DNA from: a virus
Strand: one strand, 5' to 3'
IMG/VR virus record: IMGVR_UViG_3300006790_000001
Span: 1 to 64,000 of that record
DNA: 64,000 bases
Shown piece after piece: positions 40,739-49,415 of this stretch; positions within the stretch are counted from its first letter, which is position 1; every line of letters starts with the position of its first letter. Below the pieces are notes generated by a model, which searched no databases, was not told the origin of the DNA, and was given only the letters and a program-made list of their open reading frames with translations. The position numbers were made by a program, and so were the translations under genes.

Positions 40739-41257
40739 TCAACCAGTGAACGCCGGAACGGGAGCCGCCACAGGGGCAGGAGTCGCTGTAGGCACCGGGG
40801 TCGCCGTAGGCACCGGCACCACATACATCACCGTCTGGCACAGACCAGTCTCGATGTCGCCATTCGTGTACCGGGTGTAGCAACTAATGACCGGACGATC
40901 CGAATCGTACGGAGCGACTGGAACAGCCTTCTCATGCCCAACGAACAAACAATGCGTATCGCGCAGCGGCGGCCACGGACCGATCGTCTCGTTGTACGAC
41001 AGGTCGCTTGAAGTCCGAAACACGGCGCTGGGCTTCAAGCCAACCGGACACCGCCACCGCTCGCCGGTCTCAATGCACTCAGGACCATCTGCTCCATGAA
41101 GCTCAGTGCATTGCGGAGGCGAGATGTGAACATCAAAGGTGTTCTGCGCTGGCTGCTCCGACAAGGGAGGCGGCTCTGGCGTCTGAGCGACAGCGTTGCT
41201 GACGCCGACGGCCAGAAGCGCAACGCTCAGCGCTGAAAGAATCATGGACTTAATCAT
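40739..41257 (-). CDS. secreted Cys-containing protein with a C-terminal Pro/Thr/Ala repeat (moron candidate)
   Basis: ATG 41257 is preceded by AAGGAGA. Signal peptide: MIKSMILSALSVALLAVGVSNAVA/QT (AxA cleavage site). 8 Cys. C-terminal repeat: PVPTATPVPTATPAPVAAPVP. Codon usage has more T-ending codons than the surrounding genes. Confidence 0.7.
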   Translation of the reverse strand: MIKSMILSALSVALLAVGVSNAVAQTPEPPPLSEQPAQNTFDVHISPPQCTELHGADGPECIETGERWRCPVGLKPSAVFRTSSDLSYNETIGPWPPLRDTHCLFVGHEKAVPVAPYDSDRPVISCYTRYTNGDIETGLCQTVMYVVPVPTATPVPTATPAPVAAPVPAFTG

Positions 41258-41711
41258 CCGGGGATGTCTCCTTGTTTGATGACGCATCAACGGTACCCGG
41301 AGCGAAGCTAAGGTGGTTGCAATGGTACGAAATGGCGCTGGCAGCTCCATCCGAAACGATCTTGAGCAAAGCCCCGCCGGACCCAACGAAGTTCGCGTGC
41401 AAGACATCACTGTCGACGTGTACGACAAGAACCAGGGCTGCGCTTGGGAAGAGACCCTGGGCGGTGTAAGCCATCGGTGCAGTGGCCCCCCGGACTGGAA
41501 ATACAACCACCGCTGGTGGTGCCTGACCCACATCGACCAGAAGCTTTGCTGCGGATCGCGATTGAGCAACTCTCAACGCCGATCGATCCTGACCAACCCC
41601 AAGCGCAACCATTGGCTCGCCAGGCAACGGCATCTCGCTGGCAAAGAGCAGACAGCAATCGACGAGTTCGAAACTCAATTCCCCAGCACAATCAATGACC
41701 CAGAGGAGCAC
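41250..41711 (-). CDS. hypothetical protein (153 aa, GTG start), possibly co-transcribed with the secreted protein gene
   Basis: Normal Ala/Gly/Val/Leu-rich composition, G-rich first codon positions, and an 8-nt overlap with the downstream minus-strand gene. It competes with the + strand ORF 41313..41747, which has higher GC3 but an odd N/Q/R/C/W/H-rich composition. Confidence 0.3.
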   Translation of the reverse strand: MLLWVIDCAGELSFELVDCCLLFASEMPLPGEPMVALGVGQDRSALRVAQSRSAAKLLVDVGQAPPAVVVFPVRGATAPMAYTAQGLFPSAALVLVVHVDSDVLHANFVGSGGALLKIVSDGAASAISYHCNHLSFAPGTVDASSNKETSPDD

Positions 41712-41743
41712 ACATTCTCATGGCGCGAATACCAGGCGAGGCA

Positions 41744-42547
41744 ATGAGTAGCCTCAACCCTGAAGACCTGATCTTGCCGGGGCAGAAATCCGAACAAGAC
41801 ATCGCCGAGATGCTGGCCGGGAACGACGCCAAGGTCGACCCGAAGTTGGATCTCTGGAACCTCGTCGGCCAGCACCAACAGGGCGGTCTGCCAGATAAGA
41901 CCGCACCCGATTACGTCGCCCGAAACACAAGCGCCGAGATCCACAACTACGGGCTGCTGACCCTGATCAACGTCATCGTGTTCGCCCCGGCTGGGGTCCT
42001 GCTCGGAGCCTTGAAAGACAAAGCGACGGGCGTGATCGTCGGGTGGAACTTGTTGCCCTACGAGGGCAACGAGCTGACGGTCGAGCAGGTCAAGCAAGCT
42101 CGGACAGCAGTCGAGCAGAAATGGCCGGGCCTGCAGCAAATGCTGATGGACCACCATCAGATGGCGTCCCGGATCAACCTGATCGAAGTCGAACAGATGG
42201 AGATGGATAACCCCGAGTGGGGGCCGACGCCGAGAGAGCAGGATCGGGCTCAAGGCATCGAGAAGACCGAACGATCGGTGAAGCAGGTGTTCACCGAAGT
42301 GGGTGGCCAGATGGTCGAGACCACGTTCGAAGAACAACCGGTCGATGGCAGCACGTTGATGTGCGCTGTCTGCAACTTGGTTCCGATCGTCGGGGACCTG
42401 ATGCAGTACGAGCCGATCGAGATTGAAGACGGCGGGGGGTTCCGGTGCCCGACGTGTCAGCAATCTCATGTCGAGTCGGAGATGGAAGCAATAGACGCTG
42501 AATATCGACGCAAGAGGGAAGCGGCTGGTTCTGACGCTGATGGCTGA
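41744..42547 (+). CDS. hypothetical protein with a C-terminal zinc-ribbon-like motif
   Basis: ATG 41744 is preceded by GGCGAGG; the track ORF starts at 41720. Motif: CAVC....(26 aa)....CPTC. Confidence 0.5.
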   Translation: MSSLNPEDLILPGQKSEQDIAEMLAGNDAKVDPKLDLWNLVGQHQQGGLPDKTAPDYVARNTSAEIHNYGLLTLINVIVFAPAGVLLGALKDKATGVIVGWNLLPYEGNELTVEQVKQARTAVEQKWPGLQQMLMDHHQMASRINLIEVEQMEMDNPEWGPTPREQDRAQGIEKTERSVKQVFTEVGGQMVETTFEEQPVDGSTLMCAVCNLVPIVGDLMQYEPIEIEDGGGFRCPTCQQSHVESEMEAIDAEYRRKREAAGSDADG

Positions 42548-42803
42548 GAGACCCCGATGCCCAGAATGCTTTAACTTCGAAATATTCTGTGTTTGCGCTA
42601 ACCACTTGTTCGACGAACTAAACGAATCGTTTCAAGAGATACTGGAAGAGTACGAAGAAACACATATCCGAGAACGTCTTATAGACGCTATGGATCGCAA
42701 TGTCGTGATCGTATTCTTTCCTAACGGCGACACTTACGAAGTAAGTCCGCACTGTAACTGCGACGTCTGCGACGAGGTAGTTCATCGGCTCGGGTGGACC
42801 TGA
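42540..42803 (+). CDS. hypothetical Cys-rich protein (87 aa), lower-GC gene
   Basis: Track ORF. It carries three Cys clusters, in order: CPEC, CVC, and CNCDVC. It looks AT-richer than its neighbours. Confidence 0.45.
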   Translation: MAERPRCPECFNFEIFCVCANHLFDELNESFQEILEEYEETHIRERLIDAMDRNVVIVFFPNGDTYEVSPHCNCDVCDEVVHRLGWT

Positions 42804-42844
42804 GGTGTAGCATTCGCAAGCATCGACCCGAGGAAGAGCGCCAC

Positions 42845-44458
42845 ATGGTATCGATCCCCGAGCGACGGCGTCCAACACGCTATGACTTGCCCGTCGACCT
42901 AACTTCTCATCCGCTCGCCGCTAAGACAGCAGCGGTCGCCCCTCTGACGACCTTCACGAGTGTCCACGAAGCGGTCGCTCAGCAAGAGTGGCAGAGGAAG
43001 ATCATGGACTGGGTCGTAGAGGGACCTGGCGTCTTGGGTTTCGCCCTGAACCTTAAAGCGACTGTTTGCGCACTCGGTCGTTGGTATGTGGCCGAGCCGG
43101 ATTCGAGCGGCGGTTGGCGCAGGGTCCAGTCGGCTAAGGAACAGGCGATTCTTCACGCTTATCGCGGCGTCAACGGCGAACCGCGAGAAGAGCTGTTTCG
43201 GCAGCAGATGTTCACGACTGAATCAATCGGCGAGTTCTTGCTGGCCACCCACAACACAGACCACGGGCCGCGATACGAGCTTCTGCAGATGAATCAGATC
43301 GCCGCTGACCGGGTCGGGTCCGGCGATTACCTTGCGATCCAGGACACCCCGGCGCAGCGGCGTCAAGACACCGAGAACGACAATGACTATCTCCGCTACC
43401 TGCCGAAGGACCAAGTCGTCCGCATATGGCAACGGAACCCGTGGTGGCCTAACCTAGCTCACAGCCAGATGCAGCGAGCCGTGCCAGATATTGAGCGGCT
43501 CATCAGCTCGACCAGACGCATCAAGCGGCTGTCCGACTCTCGTCTGGTCAATAACGACATAGTGTGGCTAGCTGCCGAAGCTGCCATGCAGTACGCCGGG
43601 CTGGGCGACGAGCAGCGGCGAGCAGACTTCCACCGCGATTTCCGCAACCATGCTCAGAAGACTTTCACCGAGTATGGCGGCGTCGCCGAGGTCGCCCCGT
43701 TCACGCTTTCGACCGGCTACCAGTGGGGGCCGCCGATGCGGATCGACATGGGCGATCCGATCGAGGAATATGACCTTGCTGCCGAAGACTCTGGTTACAA
43801 GGCGATCGGCCGTGCGCTCGATCTGCCGATGCGAGTGTTCTTCGAATCCGAACAGGGCGGCAACCACTGGTCGGATTGGTTGACCGAATCGCAGTTCATT
43901 CGCACAAGCGCCGAGCCTTCAGGCCAGAAAGGTTTAGACCAGCTGACAATCTCGTGGCTCCGACCCATGTACGAGTTCTTGCAGTCGGTCGGCTGGCTGC
44001 CCGACCAGATCGATCCCCAGAACCGGCGGATCATGCTGGACATGTCTGGCGTCCTCAAGAACCCCGACGAGTCAAAGGCGCTTCTTGAGGCGTACCGGTA
44101 CGGCATCCCGAGCAGGGACACTGTCGCCAAGCGAGGACTCAACCTCACCGAGGACGAGATCATGGAGATGCCGTCCGACTATGACGATTTCCGAACCTGG
44201 GCCGAGTTCGTTGCCCGCCCTGTCGGCGGGAAGCCGATGGGGCCGGACGCTTTCGCCGATTCGAAACCACCAGAGCAGGCACGCCTGGCATCTGCGTTGA
44301 GTGCTGGCCAAGAGAACAACATCCCGCCCCAGCTGCTCGGTCTCGCTCTCAGGTCAGTTGAGCTGGAACCGGACGACTCGATCAGGAAAGCCGAAGAGGT
44401 CGTCTATCTGGATCATGACGCATACGCCGAAGACTCTGACCTTCTGGAGCTGCTGTGA
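42845..44458 (+). CDS. portal protein
   Basis: 537 aa from ATG 42845, preceded by GAGGAAGAG. The size, the position between terminase and the MuF-like gene, and the acidic C-terminus all fit a portal protein. Family not determined. Confidence 0.65.
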   Translation: MVSIPERRRPTRYDLPVDLTSHPLAAKTAAVAPLTTFTSVHEAVAQQEWQRKIMDWVVEGPGVLGFALNLKATVCALGRWYVAEPDSSGGWRRVQSAKEQAILHAYRGVNGEPREELFRQQMFTTESIGEFLLATHNTDHGPRYELLQMNQIAADRVGSGDYLAIQDTPAQRRQDTENDNDYLRYLPKDQVVRIWQRNPWWPNLAHSQMQRAVPDIERLISSTRRIKRLSDSRLVNNDIVWLAAEAAMQYAGLGDEQRRADFHRDFRNHAQKTFTEYGGVAEVAPFTLSTGYQWGPPMRIDMGDPIEEYDLAAEDSGYKAIGRALDLPMRVFFESEQGGNHWSDWLTESQFIRTSAEPSGQKGLDQLTISWLRPMYEFLQSVGWLPDQIDPQNRRIMLDMSGVLKNPDESKALLEAYRYGIPSRDTVAKRGLNLTEDEIMEMPSDYDDFRTWAEFVARPVGGKPMGPDAFADSKPPEQARLASALSAGQENNIPPQLLGLALRSVELEPDDSIRKAEEVVYLDHDAYAEDSDLLELL

Positions 44459-47283
44459 CCACGATCCCGATCGGTGTTCTCCGAGCCTCTAAAGCAGCAC
44501 AGCAAGTAGCGGAGCCGACATCCGAAATCGTTGAACGCCTGTTGCAGGCATTCGAACGAGGCGAGCTGTCCGAGAAAGAACAGCAGGCTTACGCCGTCTG
44601 GATGGCTCGCCACGACGGCGAGAGCGGCACCCCGAACTTTGAGCTGATGGGCGGCGAAACTGGTGTCCGTTGGCTCGACGGGATGATGGAGGCCAAAGCG
44701 GCCTCGCTGCAGGCAGAACCCGAAGAAGATCTCGGCCCGACTCGGGAAGACATCATCGCTGGCGCTGTCGAGTATCTGAACATCAAAGACCATGCGACGT
44801 TCATGCGGATCTGGACGGTGCTGGAGATGGCCGCCAAGAACGCTCTGCGCCGGTCAGTAGCAAAGGCAAAGGGGACGATCCGCAACGAAGATCTCAAGGT
44901 CAAGATGGCCGCAGCTGACAGGCCGCTCAATGAGATCCCCGACAATGTTTGGGAGTCAGCGAAGCTGGACACGTCGACCCGCCACATCCTGGAATCCTCG
45001 ATCGCTGAAGCGATCGAAGAGGTGCGGGGGATCTTCTTGGAAGACTCGACGCTGCTGCCGCGCATGGCCGAGATCGTCCAATCGCCGGTCACTGCCGAGC
45101 TGCTCCAGTCGCAAGAAGAAGCAATCGAAGAAGCGGTCCGGTGCCTCGACGGCGAGCTGCTCGACTCGTTCGAAAGTTGGGTCCGGCCGCGCGATGGCGA
45201 ACCGGATTGGATCGTGGCTCCCGGCATCGTCCGGCGGGCGATGCTCATAGCGGGGGGCGCTGATTCGAACGGCCCCACAATCAACGGGTTCCCTTGCAGG
45301 CGAGGCCGGGGCGTAGCTTCTGGTTTCGGGATGCTGAACGGCCCGTTGGCGTTTGAGATGCTTCGGTCCCCGTCGACTAGGGCGGCGGCCGTCGAGATCC
45401 CAGAGAACTTGGCCCCGTTGCTTTACCGCTGGCGGCACGGGTATCTCCGTCAGCCGAAGAAACCGTTTACCCCTCATAAGAATTTGAACGGCCGGACGTT
45501 CAAATTGGGCAACTGGGAGAAACTGCTTTCCCGGCGCAAAGACATCAACGAGTGGCCTTATGTCGACCCGGCAGACGAAGACCTCGACCTGGATCTGTAC
45601 CGGCCAGGCGATCACGACGGCTGTACCTGCGCAGTCTTGCCAGTGGTCGCAGGACGGGGCCGCATAAAGCTCGGCGCAGAATGGTTCGATGCGCAGCTCG
45701 CCGGTCGGTCCCCTGAAGCGCGAGCGGCGTTGTTCAACCCGAGGCAGCCCCGGTGCCCGAAGGGGACCGGTATCACTGCTGGGCGGTTCTCAAACGAAGA
45801 GTTGACGAACTGCAACCCGATGGTCGAGCAGCTCCACACCGAATCTTTGCAAGGCCGAATCGATGAGCTTCAAGCAGAACTAGGCGACAGCCCTTCTCGC
45901 GAGAAGAGGGAGAAACTGGTTGAAGAGCTGAAGATCGCCCAGCTTGAAATGGAGCGCCGTCTCCAGGGCGGGGAGATCGAAGGTCCGGGCGTCACCGACG
46001 ACGTCACTCAGGTCACGGCGGCTGAACCGGACTACGGGGTCCCGATCGATGAGCTAGCTGAACTGGTCGATGAAACAGGAGGCTTCACGGTTCGATCGGA
46101 GGTCGACACGCCCGAATCTGGGTTTGTGGTCGCTGATCCCGAGTTCGCCACGGTCATCTCGGACTGGGACTCGTTGACCGACCAAGAGAAGGACTCGGTC
46201 ATCATCGAATACTTGCTTCGGAACGAGCAGGCGCTGATCGACAATCCCGAAGTGTTCGTAGGGGCTTGGCGGGACTCGGAGACGGGCAAGCTTCACCTCG
46301 ACATGGTGAACCATTTCACCGACCAGTCCGAGGCAGAAAGACTTGGTTCGGAACGGAATCAAATAGCAGTCTTTGACCTTGGAACATTCGATGAGATCCC
46401 AACCGGAGGTACTGGCAATGTCGCAGAAGAAGTCACAGGAGCAGAGTTTGTTTCGACCACGGTCGGGCGAATCCGTGAGTCAGATGGCTCGTCGGCTGAG
46501 GGAGGAACTGGACCGGCGTGGCGGTTCGACCCCGAAGTCGCAAAGAAACTCGTAGCTGAGGGTTGGCGGTACAGCGATCCGTTCCCAGACCCGATTATCG
46601 AATCTCAGATTCAGCAGGCAGCTACTGCTGTGCGGGACGGGGCGTTGCGTGAAGCTGCCGCGGTCCGAGGCAATTTGATCGATATCGCTGCGGCCACTTC
46701 GGGTGAGGTGTTGGGTCTTCAAGAGGACGGCACGATCGAATTTGAGGTGAAGGGTATTGATTCGACTGCTCGCAAGATGAGGGACCGCCACGTCGAGCGG
46801 GGCAAGCCGATGTCTGAGCTGCCTGCGGCGATCAAGGACAGCTTGCGGTACACCTACATTCATGACGACAACAACTACACGTTGGGCGTGCAGCGAACTT
46901 TCGACACGTTGCAACAACGGGGTTGGGAGGTCGTGGAGGTCGACAACTATTGGTCGCCGGGTGACGCTTATTCGGGGATCAACTCGGTCTTGAGGACCCC
47001 TGAAGGTCGGATGGTTGAGCTTCAGTTCCACACGCCGATCAGTTTCTCAATCAAGCAAGACATCCACCTGGAGTACGAGCTTTATCGGGAACTTCCGGCG
47101 ATTGATCCGCAAGCTTGGGATCTTTGGGAATCCATGTCTGAGCGTTGGGACAATGTCAGGGGCCCTGTTGGTTGGCCGCCGATTAATTTGAACACGTTCG
47201 GGGGGTTGGCTCATTTGAGGTTTGATCAGGGGCCGAATCCGAACGAGTTCGAACGAGAAGTTCAGGTCGGCGTGGGCAGATGA
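44455..47283 (+). CDS. MuF-like head morphogenesis protein fused to a Cys-module, coiled coil and RelA/SpoT-like nucleotidyltransferase-like C-terminal domain
   Basis: 942 aa. The MuF C-terminal signature ..HKNLNGRTF......YRPGDHDGCTCAVLP lies at about 45480-45640. The Cys-module is at 45733-45834. The C-terminal 46741-47097 carries an RSH-like motif order. GTGA-coupled to the portal gene. Confidence 0.65.
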   Translation: MTTIPIGVLRASKAAQQVAEPTSEIVERLLQAFERGELSEKEQQAYAVWMARHDGESGTPNFELMGGETGVRWLDGMMEAKAASLQAEPEEDLGPTREDIIAGAVEYLNIKDHATFMRIWTVLEMAAKNALRRSVAKAKGTIRNEDLKVKMAAADRPLNEIPDNVWESAKLDTSTRHILESSIAEAIEEVRGIFLEDSTLLPRMAEIVQSPVTAELLQSQEEAIEEAVRCLDGELLDSFESWVRPRDGEPDWIVAPGIVRRAMLIAGGADSNGPTINGFPCRRGRGVASGFGMLNGPLAFEMLRSPSTRAAAVEIPENLAPLLYRWRHGYLRQPKKPFTPHKNLNGRTFKLGNWEKLLSRRKDINEWPYVDPADEDLDLDLYRPGDHDGCTCAVLPVVAGRGRIKLGAEWFDAQLAGRSPEARAALFNPRQPRCPKGTGITAGRFSNEELTNCNPMVEQLHTESLQGRIDELQAELGDSPSREKREKLVEELKIAQLEMERRLQGGEIEGPGVTDDVTQVTAAEPDYGVPIDELAELVDETGGFTVRSEVDTPESGFVVADPEFATVISDWDSLTDQEKDSVIIEYLLRNEQALIDNPEVFVGAWRDSETGKLHLDMVNHFTDQSEAERLGSERNQIAVFDLGTFDEIPTGGTGNVAEEVTGAEFVSTTVGRIRESDGSSAEGGTGPAWRFDPEVAKKLVAEGWRYSDPFPDPIIESQIQQAATAVRDGALREAAAVRGNLIDIAAATSGEVLGLQEDGTIEFEVKGIDSTARKMRDRHVERGKPMSELPAAIKDSLRYTYIHDDNNYTLGVQRTFDTLQQRGWEVVEVDNYWSPGDAYSGINSVLRTPEGRMVELQFHTPISFSIKQDIHLEYELYRELPAIDPQAWDLWESMSERWDNVRGPVGWPPINLNTFGGLAHLRFDQGPNPNEFEREVQVGVGR

Positions 47284-49415
47284 CTGCGGTTGTTGTTAGC
47301 GGCAACGAGTCGGGCAACCCGTACCACTGCCCGGCCGGTACCGGTCTGACCGCCGGGAGGTTCACGAACGAGATCGGTGGGTCCTGTCACCCCGCGACCG
47401 AGCAGCTGTCCGATGCGGGCCTGGAGCAGCGGAAGAAGGCGCTTCAGGATGCACTCAACGGGGAAGGGCTCAGCGCTGACCGTCAGGAGAAGCTGAACGA
47501 GGAGATGGCCCTCGTTCGCGCCGAGGAAGCCCGACGGGCCGGGTCGGCCGAAGGGGACTTCGACATCGACCCCCTTGCCCCCAGCCTCGCTGACCCGTTC
47601 GACCCGAACATCCACACCGACATCCCGAAGCTCGCCGACTGGGCCCCGGACGGGCTCCCGATGATCGACCCGGGCCACGGCCTACCTGAGGTCCCCGACC
47701 TGAGCGGTCTCGCCAGGTGGGCTGATGGGCGACTGCGGATGAACGGTCTTCTTGAGGAGACCGAGGTCACGGCTGAGGATCTTGTCAAGATGCGAGAGGC
47801 TCTGGCAGCGCATCTGGCGAATCCTCAGGGGGAGTGGCTGCAGGCGACCATCCTGGCGAAGCGGGCGATCATGGCGGCGAACGGGGGGGACATCCCGGAA
47901 GACCTGACGTCGGGTCCAACAGCGGAGCACCCGGACAGAAAGCACTTCACCGATATGGACGACTTCGGGGAGGTGGCTCTACGCGAACTGGACAGGTACC
48001 TGGAGGAGCTTGGAAAGGGAGAGCCTCTTCTGTACCGAGGTCGCAACAAGGGCCACAACCCCGAACAGATCGCCGTGTGGAAGGAGCAAGGCAACCGCCC
48101 GATGGTGTGGGCAGACCTGCTCCCCCGGAGCATGGACTCTGAGGAGTTCGGGTACTACAGCGACTGGGAGCAGGCCGGAGTCTTCCCCCCTGGGTCCGCC
48201 CTGCGCGGCAACGGGCGTTCTGCCAGGCAGCTCGTGAGGTACTGGGAAGCGGTCGAGCAGCTGCAGATGCCAGAGAGCGAACTGCTCAACCCGGACAAGC
48301 ACTACTTCAACTCGGCCCAGAGCTTGGCTGGCGTCCTTAGCCAGCTCCCGGCCAAGCTCGGCGGTGGCGGGTACACGCGTACCGCCGGACTCTCCCGAGA
48401 CACAGCGTGGGGAAAGGCGTGGTTTGACGAACTCACCAAGATGGCCCGTCGGGCGTGGCCGATAACGCCGACCCCGATCCCCGACTTCGAGATCATCCCC
48501 GACCAGATCGATATCCGCCCAACGCCGGACCCGAAGTTCTGGGAGAACACGCCCCGAGGTTTCTCCCCGACACAAGAGGTAATCAGGGGACCGGACATCG
48601 GCCCCGACGCCGAGTCGTTCAACAAGCATCGCATCGTGGCCGACCTGGCTGCCGCAACCGGCGTCGAATACGAGACCGTCGACTCGGTTATTGCCGGATG
48701 GGCGTCGATGGATCACCGGTTCTACTCGATTCAGGCCACCGCCGACAAGATCCTTGGCGGCAACGGAACGCACGATTCTGGGTACGGGAAGTTCGCCTAC
48801 GACAGGGACTCTCTTGAAGAGCTTGGGCTGGACTCGTTCTCGTACAAGCAGGTCCGCCACCCCGAAGAGACTGAGAAGATCTTGCGGGCCATGTACTCAC
48901 AGACCCAGGGCTTCCTGGAGGGGGCCGGGGTCGACACGCTGCAGCTTCACCGCGGGGCCGGATGGAGCATCAATTCGGACGGCGACAACCGGAGGATCCC
49001 TCATCAGATTCGGGACATTGTGCTGAACGCCAGCGATGAAGAACTGGCGGCGAACCGGATCACCGTCACTGGTGAGTGGGATCGGAACCCGATGACCTCT
49101 TGGTCTTCGGACTATGACATGGCCGACCAGTTTGCCGCCACCGGATCGAACACCTTCGCTGTCATCCAGTCCGTTGACGCACCGAGGGAGGCCGTCATCG
49201 GCAGTTGTCGAACCGGCGTCGGTTGTCTCAGGGAATCAGAGTTCGTTCTCCTCGACACGGGCGGCGACGCTCACTTTGAGGTCTTCCTGCGTCCACCTGG
49301 CACCAGCTCGCGAGAGGAGCCGAGGTCGATGACTCGGGCCGAGTGGGAAGCAGTGTTCGACAGAATCGAGTTTGAGACCGGGAGAGACTTCGATTCGGAG
49401 ATGGAGGCAGCATGA
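47280..49415 (+). CDS. large virion-associated effector candidate with a C-terminal ADP-ribosyltransferase-like domain
   Basis: 711 aa. The Cys-module at 47313-47408 is followed by a coiled coil. An R-S-E pattern is present: LQLHRG (R at 48951-48953), TSWSSD (49098-49109), and RESEFVLL (E-S-E at 49233-49241). Confidence 0.55.
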   Translation: MTAVVVSGNESGNPYHCPAGTGLTAGRFTNEIGGSCHPATEQLSDAGLEQRKKALQDALNGEGLSADRQEKLNEEMALVRAEEARRAGSAEGDFDIDPLAPSLADPFDPNIHTDIPKLADWAPDGLPMIDPGHGLPEVPDLSGLARWADGRLRMNGLLEETEVTAEDLVKMREALAAHLANPQGEWLQATILAKRAIMAANGGDIPEDLTSGPTAEHPDRKHFTDMDDFGEVALRELDRYLEELGKGEPLLYRGRNKGHNPEQIAVWKEQGNRPMVWADLLPRSMDSEEFGYYSDWEQAGVFPPGSALRGNGRSARQLVRYWEAVEQLQMPESELLNPDKHYFNSAQSLAGVLSQLPAKLGGGGYTRTAGLSRDTAWGKAWFDELTKMARRAWPITPTPIPDFEIIPDQIDIRPTPDPKFWENTPRGFSPTQEVIRGPDIGPDAESFNKHRIVADLAAATGVEYETVDSVIAGWASMDHRFYSIQATADKILGGNGTHDSGYGKFAYDRDSLEELGLDSFSYKQVRHPEETEKILRAMYSQTQGFLEGAGVDTLQLHRGAGWSINSDGDNRRIPHQIRDIVLNASDEELAANRITVTGEWDRNPMTSWSSDYDMADQFAATGSNTFAVIQSVDAPREAVIGSCRTGVGCLRESEFVLLDTGGDAHFEVFLRPPGTSSREEPRSMTRAEWEAVFDRIEFETGRDFDSEMEAA

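Noticed and set aside
41313-41747. + strand 144-aa ORF competing with the minus-strand ORF 41250..41711.
   Set aside because: It has higher GC3 but an atypical N/Q/R/C/W/H-rich composition and a low G content at first codon positions. It also overlaps the next + gene. It was not called, but the choice between the two strands is uncertain.
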